A stretch of DNA of 64,000 nucleotides, from the NCBI GenBank assembly GCA_021613535.1, contig CP075495.1, positions 2,666,001 to 2,730,000 on the forward strand. Reading direction: 5' to 3'. The stretch is from Adineta vaga (taxonomy: Eukaryota > Animalia > Rotifera). The notes beneath the pieces were generated by a model, which searched no databases, was not told where the DNA came from, and saw only the letters and a program-made list of their open reading frames with translations. The position numbers and the translations under genes are program-made. Each line of letters opens with the position of its first letter. Positions within the stretch are counted from its first letter, which is position 1. This document shows positions 25,203-39,498 of the stretch, piece after piece.

Positions 25203-27225
25203 CTATTGAACTGTACTCGTTATGACAATTAACAAATAGATTTGTTCAATTTTATTTTGAACAACACAACGATAAGTATCCGGCGCACGTTTTTGTAGGA
25301 TTTCAGATGCAAATTGACACGGTGGAAATATATGTACAACATAGGCTGGCTGTGATGCACCGGGTAATAAAACATTGACAATGCCGGCTGCTTTTTTCTC
25401 GTCAAAGTATCTTATTACACCATTTTTCAAATTATTCTGTTGTAAACGTATTTCATCTGGTGTTGAACCGTATGGTTCAGCAATCAATATACAATGATCA
25501 TTATCCATTTGCATACGTTTTTGCACACCTTCAAGTTGCGCTTGTTCTAAACGCATACGTTGAGATATACGTAAATTATGAGTTGATGGTGTTTGTAAAT
25601 TAGAGGATGTTGATGATGATGAATCGGAATTCCAATAATTCATTGATGCACGTGCTATTTGAGGACTTCCAGCAACAAGCTGTGTTTTAACATAGGCTTG
25701 ATCACTTTTTAAGATAAGATTGCCTTGCCATTGAACATTGTATGGATCGCGTGATAGTTCATTTGTTGGAGGATTCAAACGAAAGTAAGAATCGGAATTT
25801 GAATATAAATCAGCAAATGCAGCAGCCGATGGATGATGATTACCCGTAATACTCATGACATTTAACATTTGTTGTGCTGCGGCAGCATAAGCAATATTTT
25901 GTGGTGGATAAAGACCTGGTGGTGTACCGTAAAGTTCAGCAGCATCAGCAAAAACATTACGATATGGCGCAACAGGATCTGAAAGAAAAAGCATAGAAAT
26001 ATTTCAATATAAAGGAGATAAAACAAATAATATAACATACCTGCTCCAAGATATTGTTGCAAGGGTGATGCTTGTTGTCGCATGGCAACAGCAGCAGCAG
26101 TAGCAGCATCTAATGAACTTAATAAAGGTGATGATTGTTGTTGATTTATAAGATTATTATTGGTTGCATTTGAAATTGATGATGATGATGATGATGATGA
26201 TGATGACGATGGAATGGTTAATGCAATCGGTACCGGTACTGTTTGTTGAATCGATGTAGAACGATTTGATAATGAAGATGACGATGTACCAGGAACTTTT
26301 GTAACAGAATCTCTGAAAGAAAGAATGAAAGTATGAAATTAAATAAGAGTTTGATTACGAAGAAAAAGAAGTTTTACCTTCGTGATGCTTTTTCATGAGT
26401 ATGTTGACTTGTATTTGATGGCAAAGATGGATTTTGTTGTCCAGTCATAATAGTATTGAGAAATGCACTGTTAATCATATGACTACTAGTACTTGAACTA
26501 CTATTATTGCCTGATGATATTCGTGTTGCAAGTGGCGGAGAATTTGAAACTAATGATGATGCAAGTAGATTGGATGGTGGAGTTCCAGCTGAATTTGATG
26601 CATTTGATGGTAATTGTGCAAATAATGCAAACGGAAAATTTGAATGATGAGCCGCTGCAGCAAATAAATTACCATCGGATGTAAGCATATGTGGAAATGG
26701 ATGTGGAATAGGTGAACGTGATGGTGGCGGTGTATCAGTTTTTGATGTGGATGAATGTTTATGACTTGACGAAGAAGAAGACTTTGATACAGTCGGTCGA
26801 ACAATTACTGGCGCAACAGAAGTTACAGAAGTCGGTGCGGTAGTAGATGTAGCAGTACTTGTTGATATTATTGTTTTCAATGGTGATGTCGAACGATAAT
26901 GTGAATCGAATAGATTTAGTGTTTCACTTGCTGTTGTTGCTGCAACTGATGTAGTAGTTGTAGATGTAGTAACAGTTGTCGATGATGTTAAGCAAGGTGT
27001 TTTCATTACATCACGTAAAATATTTGGTATCGGTGTTGTTTTACTAGGTGCAGACGTTGTCGTCGACGTTACTCCTACAGATGAGGATATTAATGAATTT
27101 GTATCTACCATTGATGTGGTCGATTCAGTAACTATGGCTGTTGTTGCTGTTGTTGATATACCTTTCGCAACATCATCAATAACTTCTTCAATATGTGATC
27201 GTGTTGATGCCGTTCCTGTCGCTGA

Positions 27226-27256
<31 letters not shown>

Positions 27257-30200
27257 ATTGTTGTTGTTGCTGCTGTTGTCGTCACAGATGGTTTGTCTGT
27301 ATTAAGATTATTTGATGAAACAATATTTGAAACCATAGTGATCAAATCATTTTGTTGTGTCGAAGGTGTTGTAACAGTAGCCGTTGTTGTCGGTGTGGTT
27401 ATTGGTGGTTGTCGAGTTTGTTGATCGGTTGGACTTGGTAATGATGCCACAAACGAGTAAACTGGTTTACTGATTGTCGGTGCAATACGTGCTGTACCTT
27501 TCATTACTGGATGATCGCCAGCTAAATTTGGAGGATTATTATTCAGCATTAAAAGACTATTCACTGCACTCAAGGTTTCTTCAACATTTTCATCTAAAGA
27601 AAAGAAACAGAAATAAAATAAGGATAGAGATATTTTTTCTAAAAGCATACTGAATGTTGCAGATGTTAATGATGATTTAATTGAAACATGCGGAGGTAAA
27701 ATAGACGTCGTAGAAATTGCTGTTGGTTGATGTTCAACAATTGGTAAAGTTTCTTTCGATATAGGTGCAATAATTGGAGATGATTTTTCTTGATTAGACG
27801 ATTTTGATATTGTTTGTTGTGGTATTTGAATCGATGGACATAATGCTTTAATAGCATTGTCTGTTTCTGTACTTGTTGTTGATGGTGAATGTGTTGAATT
27901 TATTATTGAAGACGATGGTGGAATTTGTTCTGTTTCCATGGATGTTATTTGTGATTGATCAGGTACAGGTGTGGATGGTAGTGGTAATGAAATTTCATGT
28001 TTGTGAATTTCAGTCGATAATATTGGTTCCATACATTCTTCTTTAATTTTAGTATTAGTTGACCATTGTGAAATATTTTCAATAGGTTCAAGTTTCACTT
28101 GTGTTTGTACAGGTAAATTATCTGTACTTTTTCTTAGACGTTTTGCTTCTTTTTCATTGATAGAAGATGCAGTTGTTGACGATTCTGCTGTTGAAAGACG
28201 TTTTGCAGTAGTTGCTATTATAGATGGTTGTTCTACAGGCACTACAACAGTTGATTCTGTTGGTTTTACAGGCGGTACAGGTTGTTTTTCAGTAGATACA
28301 GTTGGTTGAACTCCTTTAGCATTTGTTTTTGTTTGTTGACGTTTATTTGCTAAAGTTTCGTGTTTTGATGTTCGTTTACCTTTACCAGTTGTTTTTACTG
28401 TTGAACGAGATGGAGCCGATTTTTTCGTCGGTTCTTCACGTCGACTACCACCAATTAAATCACTTAATTGCATAGTTTCAGGATTCAACGTTTCATCATC
28501 ACTTAATGCTGATTGTGCTGTAGCAGTGGGTGGTTTTAATGTGTTTGCATTCGATGGTGTTTGTTCATCTTTATTTGTTGTTTTATCATTAGGAATCGAT
28601 ACTGATCGATGATCATCATCCATTTCTTCATCATCATTTTTGGATGTTTCATGACTTGTTGATGTTTCTGTGGATTGTTTACGTATAGATGCTATTGGTG
28701 TGGTCGTTGAATGACGATGATGACTAGTAAATACAATACCAAATTTTGTTGGTGTTACGGGAGGATTTGTTTCGACTGATACTGGTTCATTAGGTGGAGA
28801 TGTAATGACAATTGAAGGTTTATCAGACGTAGAAATCGTTGATTCTATTTGAACAGGTGGTGGTGGTGTAGGTGGATTCTGTTCTTCGATTGTTGTTGTT
28901 GATGTTGTTATTGTTTTCGATTTTTCCTCGTCTAATTTAATTTTTTTCGTCGATTCATTCGATTCATCAGTTGACGGACGTTTTTGTGCTGAAGTAGTTG
29001 TTTTCGTCGTCTTTGTTAACGGTTTTGTTGTATTTACCGTCGATTTCTTTTTCTCTGATGGTTTCAATATCGTAATTTTCTTTTTAGTAGCCGATTGTTC
29101 TTCAACAATTTTGGATGTTTTTTCTTTTTTGGTCTGTTCATTATTTGTTTTCAAGATCGGTTTTTTTGTTTGTGGTTGTGGTTGTGGTTGTGGTTGTGTT
29201 TGCGTTTGCGTTTGCATTTGCGGTATTTTGTTTTTACGATTATTTGATTTACTATTATCATCGCTTTCTTCAGCATCGAAGATATTATTATCGAAGACGG
29301 TGGGTTTTTTAGTTTTTGTTTTTGATCGTATTTCTATTTCAGAATCAGATGAATCGCTCATGACATTCTAAAAAAACAAAAACAAAAACAGAAGATATTC
29401 CTTCTAAAATACCATTCAAAGAGATATTTTGAAATCTTACAGGTCGTCTTGATGTGATATTATTTGATCGATTCGATTTATGATTATCTTCTTCATCGTC
29501 GTCTTCGTTGTTGTCGTCGTCATCTTCATCACTATTTTCATCGGAAAGATGATCTTCACTTGTTGATAATGAACTAGAAGGAAGAATCAATGAATGAATT
29601 GTTTTATCATATGATTATTTTCATTTTACCTATTTCGTGTTTGTTCATTTCTTGCACGTTTTTTTATTCGATCATACATACTAGTATCTTGTCTTAATTC
29701 TCGCCAACTATTTGAATTTTGTGTTGATTTTATTTTATTTTTATTCATTGTTTTCGTTCGTTTTTTGATTGGTTCTTTTTTCGTTTTTCCATCACTATCA
29801 CTCGATGCTTGATCATGATCCGACGTCGTTGTTGTTGTGGTTTGTTCAGTTTTCTTTTCGTCATTATCAGATTCATCCGATGAATGAGTATCAGTTACTG
29901 ATGGTTTTCGTATTGCATTTGTAGTTGAAGTTTTTGGTTTTGTTTTAACTACTTGACCTTTCTTCGTCGTTAACTCGGTTTCTGTTGATGTTGTTGTTTA
30001 CGTTTAGTAATTTCATTGTTTAATAGTGACTTTTTTGTTTTTTGTACATCGGTCGATGTTGTTGTTGATGATGTTTTCTTTTCGGAATCACTATCACTTT
30101 GAATAACATTTGCTCGTTTTAATTTAATCGCTTTCGTCGTCGTCGTCGACGACGATTTATTCGACGATTCGGACGATGTTTTAATCGATTTCGGATCAAT

Positions 30201-33200
30201 ACGTTCCAAAGTTAATTGTGGAACTTTTGTACCAAGTGATGTCATTGGTGTTGGTTTCGTTATTTTTGTTACTTTAGCTGCCGATTTCACTGGTTCAGCA
30301 GTGACAGATGGTTTTGATGTTGTAGTTGATTTCTTCGGTATTTTATCTAATGATGTTTTTTTAATGTTATTCTGTTCATTCGATAATGTTTGCTTAGTTG
30401 GTGGAGTACGCCAAGTAGACATCTTGTCATCTGTTGTTGTTGTTGTTGCTGCTGCTAATGCTTGACGTTCATCGATATCATTTGTAAAGACACTATTATC
30501 GTGCTGATTGACAGGTTTTTTCTTTTCAGTAGCAATAGTGGGTGTAGTTGGTGGCGTACGTTTTGTTGTAGAATCAATTGATGTTGAACGATTGGTTGTA
30601 GATGTTACTTGTGATGTCGAACGTGTTTCACTTGATGCTAATGGTGAAACATAATTAGTCGATGATTTTCGTTCATTTGTAGGTGATAATGATGATGTCG
30701 GTGATGGATTTGATAACGAACGTTGTTTTAAGATTGATTTCAAACCCGGTGATGATGATGTTGATAGTTGGTGTTGAAGAACTGGTGAAGAACTAGGTAC
30801 AGGTGAATGATGGGCATTTACAGTAATATTAGTTGGAGTTGTTGATTCGGGCGAAGGTAATATTGGCGAATCTTTCATATTAGTAGGAGTTGTCGGAGTT
30901 GTTACAACTGCTAATGGTGGTGGAATTGGTTTACGTTTAAATTTTGCTGATGGACCGAGACGTTCGAGAATTTTAGCGGACGATGTACTCGGAGAAGTCG
31001 TTGATGACGAATCGGTAAATGATGATACTGATTGAATATTTGATATTGGCGGACTGAGAAGATTTGCTGGTGTCGAACGATTAGATAATGAAGGTGATGA
31101 TGGTGGCGGAGGACAACTTAACGATGATATCAGATTATGATTCGACGGAGTAGTTGATGTTTGTGGTGAACTTAGAGTCAATGATGGCGAAATAAGTGAT
31201 GGTGGCACCGGTGGTGGTGGGGGATGTATTGCAGTAGGAAAAGGTCTAGGAAAAAAATGAAAATAAAAATACTTTAGGAAACAAAATATTATGTTAAATT
31301 TACATTGTATTATATTTAGTTGCGATTTGTGTCTGAGCAATAGCAGCATGAAATGTATTCAGTATTGAATTTGATGATGGATCCGAGAGACGTTGTAGAT
31401 TAGCAAAAGGTGGTGGAGGTGGAGGCGGTGGTGGTGGCTTCAATACTGATGAAAGATGAACAGATGAAGGTGATGTAGTTGGCAATGTTCGATTCAAATT
31501 TAATGATGATACAGATGTAACCGGAAAATGAAATGGTGACGTAGTAGATATTGTCGGCGATGGTTTTGATGGTGAGATAGATTGACTTGGTTGAGCACTC
31601 AATGCAGCAGCACGAGCAGCTTGAATACATTGAACAAGTGTTGCCGATGACGACGTCGTTGCTGATAACGTTGAAACAAGTTCATTAACACTTTTTACTG
31701 TAGCATTATTATTTACAGTTGCTACTGAAGGTATTGTTGTTGCTGATGTCAACATCGTTTTTTGATTCTGTTGTTCAATTAATGTTGCTGGTGATAATGA
31801 CGAACTTGACGATGATGATGAAGAAGATGCCGTCGATTTTTGTTGTCCATGATTCAGTTCATACATATGTTTATCTAGCAATCGAATTCGTTCATCAAGT
31901 GGTATACGTGTATTCGATAGATCGTCATCATTATTATTAGCAGTAGTAAGAATAGTCGTAGTAGTAGTAATAGTACTGGTAGTAGAAAGAGAAGTCAAAG
32001 TGATATTATTTGAAAGATTGGTATCTACTGATGTTTCATGTTTAGTCGAATTTACTGATGATAATGATGGATTATTTAAACCGAGTGATGAATGTTTTAA
32101 ATGTGCTTTTGGATTTAAAACAACTAATACATTTGATGCTGTTGTAGAAGTTTTAATATGTTCAAAAGCAAATTGTGGAAATGGTAAACGTATCGATTCG
32201 GCGTGATCATTAAATAATGACGGGTAAGATTTTAAACGTACATCTAATTGATCATAATCAGCGATTGGTTCCAATGGAATTTCTTTATTTGGAGGTATCG
32301 CTAGATGAAGTTTCGCTGGTGATATTCGACGATGATTCGTGTGTGTTTCAGAATCTTCTTTTGGAATGGTTGGTGTTGGTGTCGGTGTCGGTGTCAGTGT
32401 CGGTGTCAGTATCGGTGTCAGTATCGGTGTCGGTGTTGGTACTGGCGTTTGTATTGATGCCGATGACGGTGGCGGTGGTGATAAATGAAGCTCATTCGTA
32501 GATGAATTATCTTGTTGTTCATCACGTTTATTACCGGTACGAATAGGTTGTAAACGATAAGCAGACATTAATGAAGATTTTTCATTTTTAGTATTTTTTA
32601 ACGAAGCCATTGATTTAAGATTTGCTGCTGATGATGATGAAAGATTATTTGTTTGTATTGGTGGAGATGTTTTTGATGTTTGTTCATCACTAACATTTTC
32701 CAAACTATCATCATCCGGTTTACGTTTTAGTGTATGTTCATCATCATCATTTTGATCCAATCCCATCGAACTATTACTATCATGATGATGATTTTGCATT
32801 AACCAATCAAAAACACGTTCTGTATTTTTTAATGGTGCTTTGGGTGAAGATGATGTATTTGTTTGTTGTAATTTTGATGAAGATGTTGATTCTTTTTTTA
32901 TTAAATCCGATTGATCTTCAACTGTTAGACTTGGAAGAATAACTGGATCATATTGTTGTTGATGTTGTAGTGGAATGATATTAGATAAATCGGTATCTTT
33001 TTCAGATTTAATCGATCGAGAATGATGTGATGATTTATGTGAATGATCTTTCGTTGACGAAGATTTCTTTCCTGATATAGACGAAGATTTCAAATTATTA
33101 GTCAATGATTTCGATTGTTTTTTCGATGATTTTTGTGAATGTTTAGTTGAATGATGTTTTTGATGGGAATTCGATCGATGATCAACACTATTCGTACTAG

Positions 33201-36200
33201 ATGAACTGTGCGTAGATGATGATGCGACTGATCTTGAAGATGATGAAGACGTTGACGAAGCATGATGACGAGAATGACTACTTCGACGAGGATTACGACC
33301 GGTTAAGATATTATTTGAAACTAAAAAAGTATAGATGAAATCTAATGAAAGAAAACAAATTATTCAACATACGACTATCTTTTGATGAAGTAGACAAACG
33401 ATGTCGTCGTGTATTCAATGATGGACCAGGAATAATTCCATTATCAACTAGAAAAGAAATTAAATTTAGAAATTCTACTCTATTTTATCATAATTTTATT
33501 TACCAGATGGAATGGGTATTAGAGAACTATTTGTTCCTTTTCCATATTCTTTTGAATGTCGACTAGACATAAGAAAAACATAAATTATTTGTTTCAAACA
33601 AACAATTTGAATTAATAATTCTTACCGATCAGATGGATGTCTTGAATCATTTTTATGCTGTGATCGATTACTATTATTATATGCATTTGGCCATCGATCA
33701 TTGCTATTCGTTCGTGTAGATGCAGTATCAAATGGTTGAATTGTTTCCGATGCAAGTTCACGTGTTGTACCGTTACGTTTTGATCTAAAATATTCAAATC
33801 TTATCAAAATATATTCACTAAATTTTCTTTCTACATACACAGATGAGATTCTGCATGATATGTTGAATCTGGTGGATAACCAGCATAACTAAAACGAAAT
33901 GAAATGTAAAAATAAGTATATTTATGTCAACTGAAACTTACTTTTTCTTATGACTAGTTTCTTCAATAATATCCGAAAATCGTGTAACAAAAACTTTACT
34001 AGCAAAATCAACTTGAATCTTTTTCGAATCAATCTTTTTGCCTCGGATTAGATTAATTGCTTCTTGAGCAGCTCGTGTATCGAAAAAATATATTAGACAT
34101 TGAGCTGTTTGAGTTTTATGATTATTTCGATTGTCAATATAGATATCCAAGACTTGATCAGTTGCTAGATTAGTTTGACGAATGATAAAATTTCGTATCG
34201 CTGATTCAGTTACATTCAAAGGTAAATCATCTAGCCATAGAACATTCGTTGGTTGACTTTTACCAAATCCCAACTAAATAAAAAGAAAACATCAAAATGT
34301 TCAATACGAGTACATTTCATTATAAACACAAAAACAAAATATTCATATCGTTTAGAAAATATTCCTTCGATTCATTATCATTAATTGACTTTTTCTTCTA
34401 AATCAAATTCTTTGAAGAAAAACAAAATGTTTCTTTTTTAATCTTTGAAAATATCATATAACAAAAATAAAGTATCTATGTTTCAATGTATATATATATA
34501 TACGATAAACCAATGATTTTGTTAAAGTTCATATATCGTTCCGAAAAAATATGAATATTTTGTTTTTGTAGTTATCATCTATTCTGAAACGAAATCTATA
34601 CTTTTATAGAATGATCTCGATTCATTTTCGAATCAAAAGATCTCATTGCTTTAACAACACTTTTAATATCTGCATATTGAACAAATGCAAATGGTAATTG
34701 ATGTGGTGTTTGTGTTTGTCGTTTAATTTCCAATTCCTATATTAAGAAGACAAAACATTTCTCATTTTCAAATATGAAAGAAAGAAAAAAACGTTTTCAC
34801 ATACAATAATATCACCATACGCTGAATAGGTTTCACGTAATTCATTATAAGATATTTCAGATTGAAGATTTCCGATATATAATGTTCGTGTTGCTCGTAC
34901 AGAATATTCATCGAAATCTAAATCTGAACATAGTGAACGTTTCATAATATCACATTCTTCATTTTCTACAAGAAAAAAACAACAACAACAACAAAAATAC
35001 TGGTTTAATTTCTTTTTCGTAAATTAAGTTTTACCATTAGTAATTCCATCAAATGGCTCAGCTTTTAATCTGACACCATTAAGAGTTCTTGTCGAGACAA
35101 ATGCTAATGCTTTCTCAACATCATCAGATTTACTAAATTTTAATAAAGCATAACGTGATTCATGTTCACCATCGATTTTAACAGTTAATAAACGACAGGA
35201 TTTTTTGAATTCAACAAATAAATTCCATATTGCTTCACGTAAAGAATCTTCTAGAAAAGAAATATTTTTCTTTCCAATTGATTTTTACTCGAACAGAAAC
35301 ATACTTGAAGTTTTTGCTGGTAAATGATAGATTTTTAATACTTTTGTTTTACCTATCAATGACTCATTCAATAATCCGTGTGTTTTCGTTGAATTTTGAC
35401 GACGAGTTTTTACGGATATACTAGAAAATAAAGAATATCTAACTTGTTTTTTGACTATAGAAATAAAGTAAATAAATCTACCTATCATCACTCGATCTTT
35501 CTGATTCTGAGGATGATGACGACGACGATGACGATGATGAATTATCATGTTTTCGTCGTGGTGGTTTTTGTATCGTTGAATGAGAATTATTTGCTGTTCT
35601 GAATTGAAGATTTAAGAAAGTTTGATCTAGGTTTTATTCATTGATTTTGATCTTACTTGGAAATACTTGCTGACGATGTTTTTCTTTTACTTCCAGAAGA
35701 ATCAGAATCACGTTTAACTGGTACAACTTGATGTCTAATGAAGTAATGAAACAAAAAAAGAGGAAAATAAGTATCAATCAAAATGCAATTTTTTCTTTCT
35801 TTTCTTTGAATCAAAGAAAAAATCCTTCTTGTTTTACTTTTTATTGTTGATTTATTATTCTATTTTTTTCGTTTGTTTTCATTTTTCATCTTTTCACCTT
35901 CTTATACTGAGAAATATCAATTGCCCTCGTATAGACAAAACAAGTTAACTAAGAACTTCACACATGGATTCATATCGTGCGGTTCAAGGGCAATTCCACG
36001 TCTGTTCTTCTCATTGAACAATAGGAAAAGAACAAAAGAGAGAAGAAGAAACGTCGAGAGAACATGAAATTCAAATGATTTTGATCAGCATGAAATATTT
36101 TGTAAAACAAAACTATTTGCTTACCGAACATTTTCGTCAGGACTACCAAGTGCACGTGATGAACGTTTATCTCGATCTCCATTGATTATTTTAGACGATA

Positions 36201-36739
36201 ATGGATTTGTCACTGTTGTTGCATTCGATGTATTCGAAGGAGATGAAGATGATGCTTCAATAACTGTCGAAGAAGTCAATAGTAAGGGTTGTTCGGGTAA
36301 TACAATAGACGAAGAAGAAGACGATGATTGAGTCGGTAGTATTGGAGGTCCTAAAAGTGCTTTAGGCACTGAATTTGAACCATCATGAAATGCTGTTCGT
36401 AATCGTTGTTCATCGAGGATATTTTCTGCGCTATGTGCTTTTGATGCAGTACGTACATCCAAAAAAGCGACAAAAGCGAAACGTTGTTCGTCGATTTTAA
36501 CTGATTGAACACGGCCATGTCTAGATATAATCATAATAAAATAAGAAAATTTTTAATTTGCAAAATAAGTTTCTTTCGAAAGATCGAAAGAAATCAAAAT
36601 GAAAGGAAGTATACCGTTTGAAGCATTCTTTAATTGTATCTTCTGTCGCTGTTTCAGGTAGATTAGCTATAGCTAACCATCTGGATTCTGTTGGTTTGGT
36701 AGATAATGATACTTTGTTAGTCGCGGTTTCACTGGGCAT
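25203..36739 (-). CDS. spen: Split ends/SHARP-like protein (N-terminal RRMs, long disordered middle, C-terminal SPOC domain); apparent 1-nt frameshift near 29998
   Basis: RRM1 ESRWLAIANLPE..IKECFKRHGRVQSVKI..AFVAFLD. RRM DEYSVRATRTLYIGNL. RRM GFGKSQPTNVLWLD...IQVDFAS. Middle motif SMYDRIKKR. SPOC: WQGNLILKSD...LRISQRMRLEQAQL...KKAAGIVNV...YVVHIFPPCQF. Confidence 0.95.
32369..32442. repeat. Hexamer tandem repeat (GGTGTC/AGTATC-like) encoding (PT/IL)n in spen
   Basis: Translates on the minus strand as TPVPTPTPILTPILTPTLTPTPTPTPT. Confidence 0.8.
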
Positions 36740-39498
36740 GACAAAAATTCATTCGAGAGACAGTAATGAAAATATGTACAAGTTGAAAAACGTTAATCAT
36801 ATACAGACACACACAATAAATTTGTCAAACAAGAAACAAAAAATATTTCGAAAATTTTTTAAGGTCAGAACAATGGCGATAGTCTTCGCCGTTGACGTGG
36901 GATGATGATGAACATTGTTGTTGTTGCCAGCATCTACATTGAAAAGAAGAACGAACGGGCGAGAGAGAGAAGAAAAAGAAAAAGAAGAAGAAAAAAAAAA
37001 CCGAGCCACCTTACATTACATTTTCTCTTCTTTATAACATTCTTTCCCTTCTTTCTCTCGCTTTTTCTTCTCCATCCATTTTGCACGACAGAGAGTACGT
37101 CAGTGTGTGTGTATATGCGCGCGCGCGCTCGCTATTCTAACGATCGACGTCGTCGACGGCTATGCCGGTCGGAGCGACGATCGTATGTTGTATTGTCGGG
37201 CAATGATGATGATGATGATGGTAGTGGTGGGAGAGCAAGCCTACATACGCAGCTTTATATTTGGTTAAACTAATGATCATACACCACATGGCACAGATAC
37301 TAATTAAGATGACTAGATTTTGACATCCTCAAATCTTTCATTCCCTTTATTTTCTTATTCTTAATTTATATTCTTCGAAACAATATTCGTAGCCTTTCTT
37401 TAGGCTCAAATACTTATTTTCTTTTTTTTCTTTTTACGTCTTTTGATTATGAAATGATGATACATAACAACATCAATGATAATATCATCGAAAAAAACCA
37501 TGAAAATGATAATGGTTTCGTAGTGATCATCTGATTATGATAAGGGAACATAGAAGACAGTATTCAAGAGAGAGAGATGGAGAGAAAAAAGGTGAATGTG
37601 TACTGCGCCGTCCGCCAGTTCGACGTGGCGTCGTCGACGAGGCCGACGACTCGTTCGTATTTTTTTTCTTGCTCTTCCTGTCAACATCGGGCGAAAAGCA
37701 GCAGCCCGAACATTGTGTATTTCAGGGGTGTATGTGTTGGCTCGTCTACATATACATTTGGTCGATCGTTTGCACACACTATAATTACTGGTGGAGTCCT
37801 CCGTCGTTTTTTTTCTTCTCCATTCTCGCGCTTGTCGTTTCTCTCTTCTATTGCGCAGCATATTTGTTCCTTTTTTTATTTTAACCTATTTCGTAGCGTC
37901 GTTGTCGAATGTTCTCGAATGTATGATTAAATTACAAGCGTATGCGCAGAAATAGGCAAACGAACGACGAGATGGGAGACGAGAGAGAGAGAAAAAAGAG
38001 GAAAAAAACCCTTTTTCTCTCACTCTTTCTCTATTTCTCTCTTAATTTCTTTCTCATTTTCTGCAAATACAACATACAAGGCGGGCATATATCATTTGTT
38101 TCTCACTCGCTCGCGCATATATTCAAGCATCAACGACGACGACCATCGAGTCTGATGTCTTTCTTTTTGTTTCTCTTCTTTCTTTCTTGTTCGTTTGGTC
38201 GTCTTCGAGTAATATGAGGTTCATATACTATCATCGTTCATATAGTTGATGCTGCTATACTACTACTACTCAACAAACAACGTCATATATATCTTTCTAT
38301 CTCTCTCTATACATATATCATAATACACGTTTGCATACATTATTCTCGCATTTCGATTTTCCCATCGTTTCAAATCGTCGATGTATATATATATACATAT
38401 CTAAATTGGGCTTGTGTTGTTTTGTAGTCGCCGTGTTTTTTTTCTGTTTATAATATCGTCATGTCGTCCGGTTACAATTACTTCTCTCTACAATTCCTGT
38501 CGGTCCTTTCATTTCTTGTTTTTAGGCATCAATTCTTTCGCATTGGATTTTAAGCGTTTCTGTCGATGATATTCAATTTGTGGAAAAAATCTCTTGTCTA
38601 AGGAGTTATAGCAACGACGATTTTGTTTTTCATCTTTTGTTTGTGCTGCATTTTTAGGCTTTATTTTTGCATTCTTTTCATGTGCAATTATTAGCATGGA
38701 AATTAAGCAATTTCGGTCACTTAAATATCTATATATATATATACTCAAGACGAGATTGAAAAAGAAAGAAGGATATAAAGGAAAAAAACAATGAATTGAG
38801 AGACAAAAAGAGAAAGAACAATAAAGGGAAAAAAAAGGCGCATACAATTCTCATTTGTTTTTTGATGAATAAAAAAAAATTCTATGCATTGTGTAGGTGG
38901 AAAAAAACGACTGTTTGATGGAGAAATGAATGGAAATGAAAGAAGAACTAAGGGCAAAGAGAAGAAAGATTGATTATAGTTTTTCTTTCTTGCTTTCTGC
39001 TGTTAGCAGGGCAAAAGTGCTGAATGTAATATCAAGCCCTTTGGCATAGTGCCATTACTGCTGCTGATGTCTTTTATGACGATATTTTTCTCGCTCTATA
39101 CGTCAACCAATGTCCTTGTAAATGTCTTAGCAATCGCATATACTATTTTTTTTCCTCCTTTATACTTGCTTGTATCTTTGCTATGGGGTAAAAACCTATA
39201 CATACATGCCCGAAAAGCAGCTAGACACATTAATGACTCGTTTTTTTTCTGATCAAGATAACAATAATATAAAATCAATAAAAAGAAAAAGTGACAAAAA
39301 AAAGTATTATACTGATAACATTTCTTTAACTCACAGTGCAAAAAACATTATCATTGATATTCGCTTTATATTTATATTTTCTGGTTCGATTTCAATAACA
39401 ATAGTATCACATTATTTTAACATATGTAAAGATAAAAACAATAGAATAAGTTAAAAAACAGCGAGAGAGAGAGAGATTCGAAATTAAAATTGTCCGTA

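Noticed and set aside
26077-26089. X-box-like GTCGCATGGCAAC
   Set aside because: It lies inside a spen coding exon (VAMRQ) and is explained by codons.
36797-39454. Many 60-120 aa ORFs upstream of spen
   Set aside because: They are low-complexity F/L/S or R/K translations of GA/CT tracts, with no motifs or exon structure.
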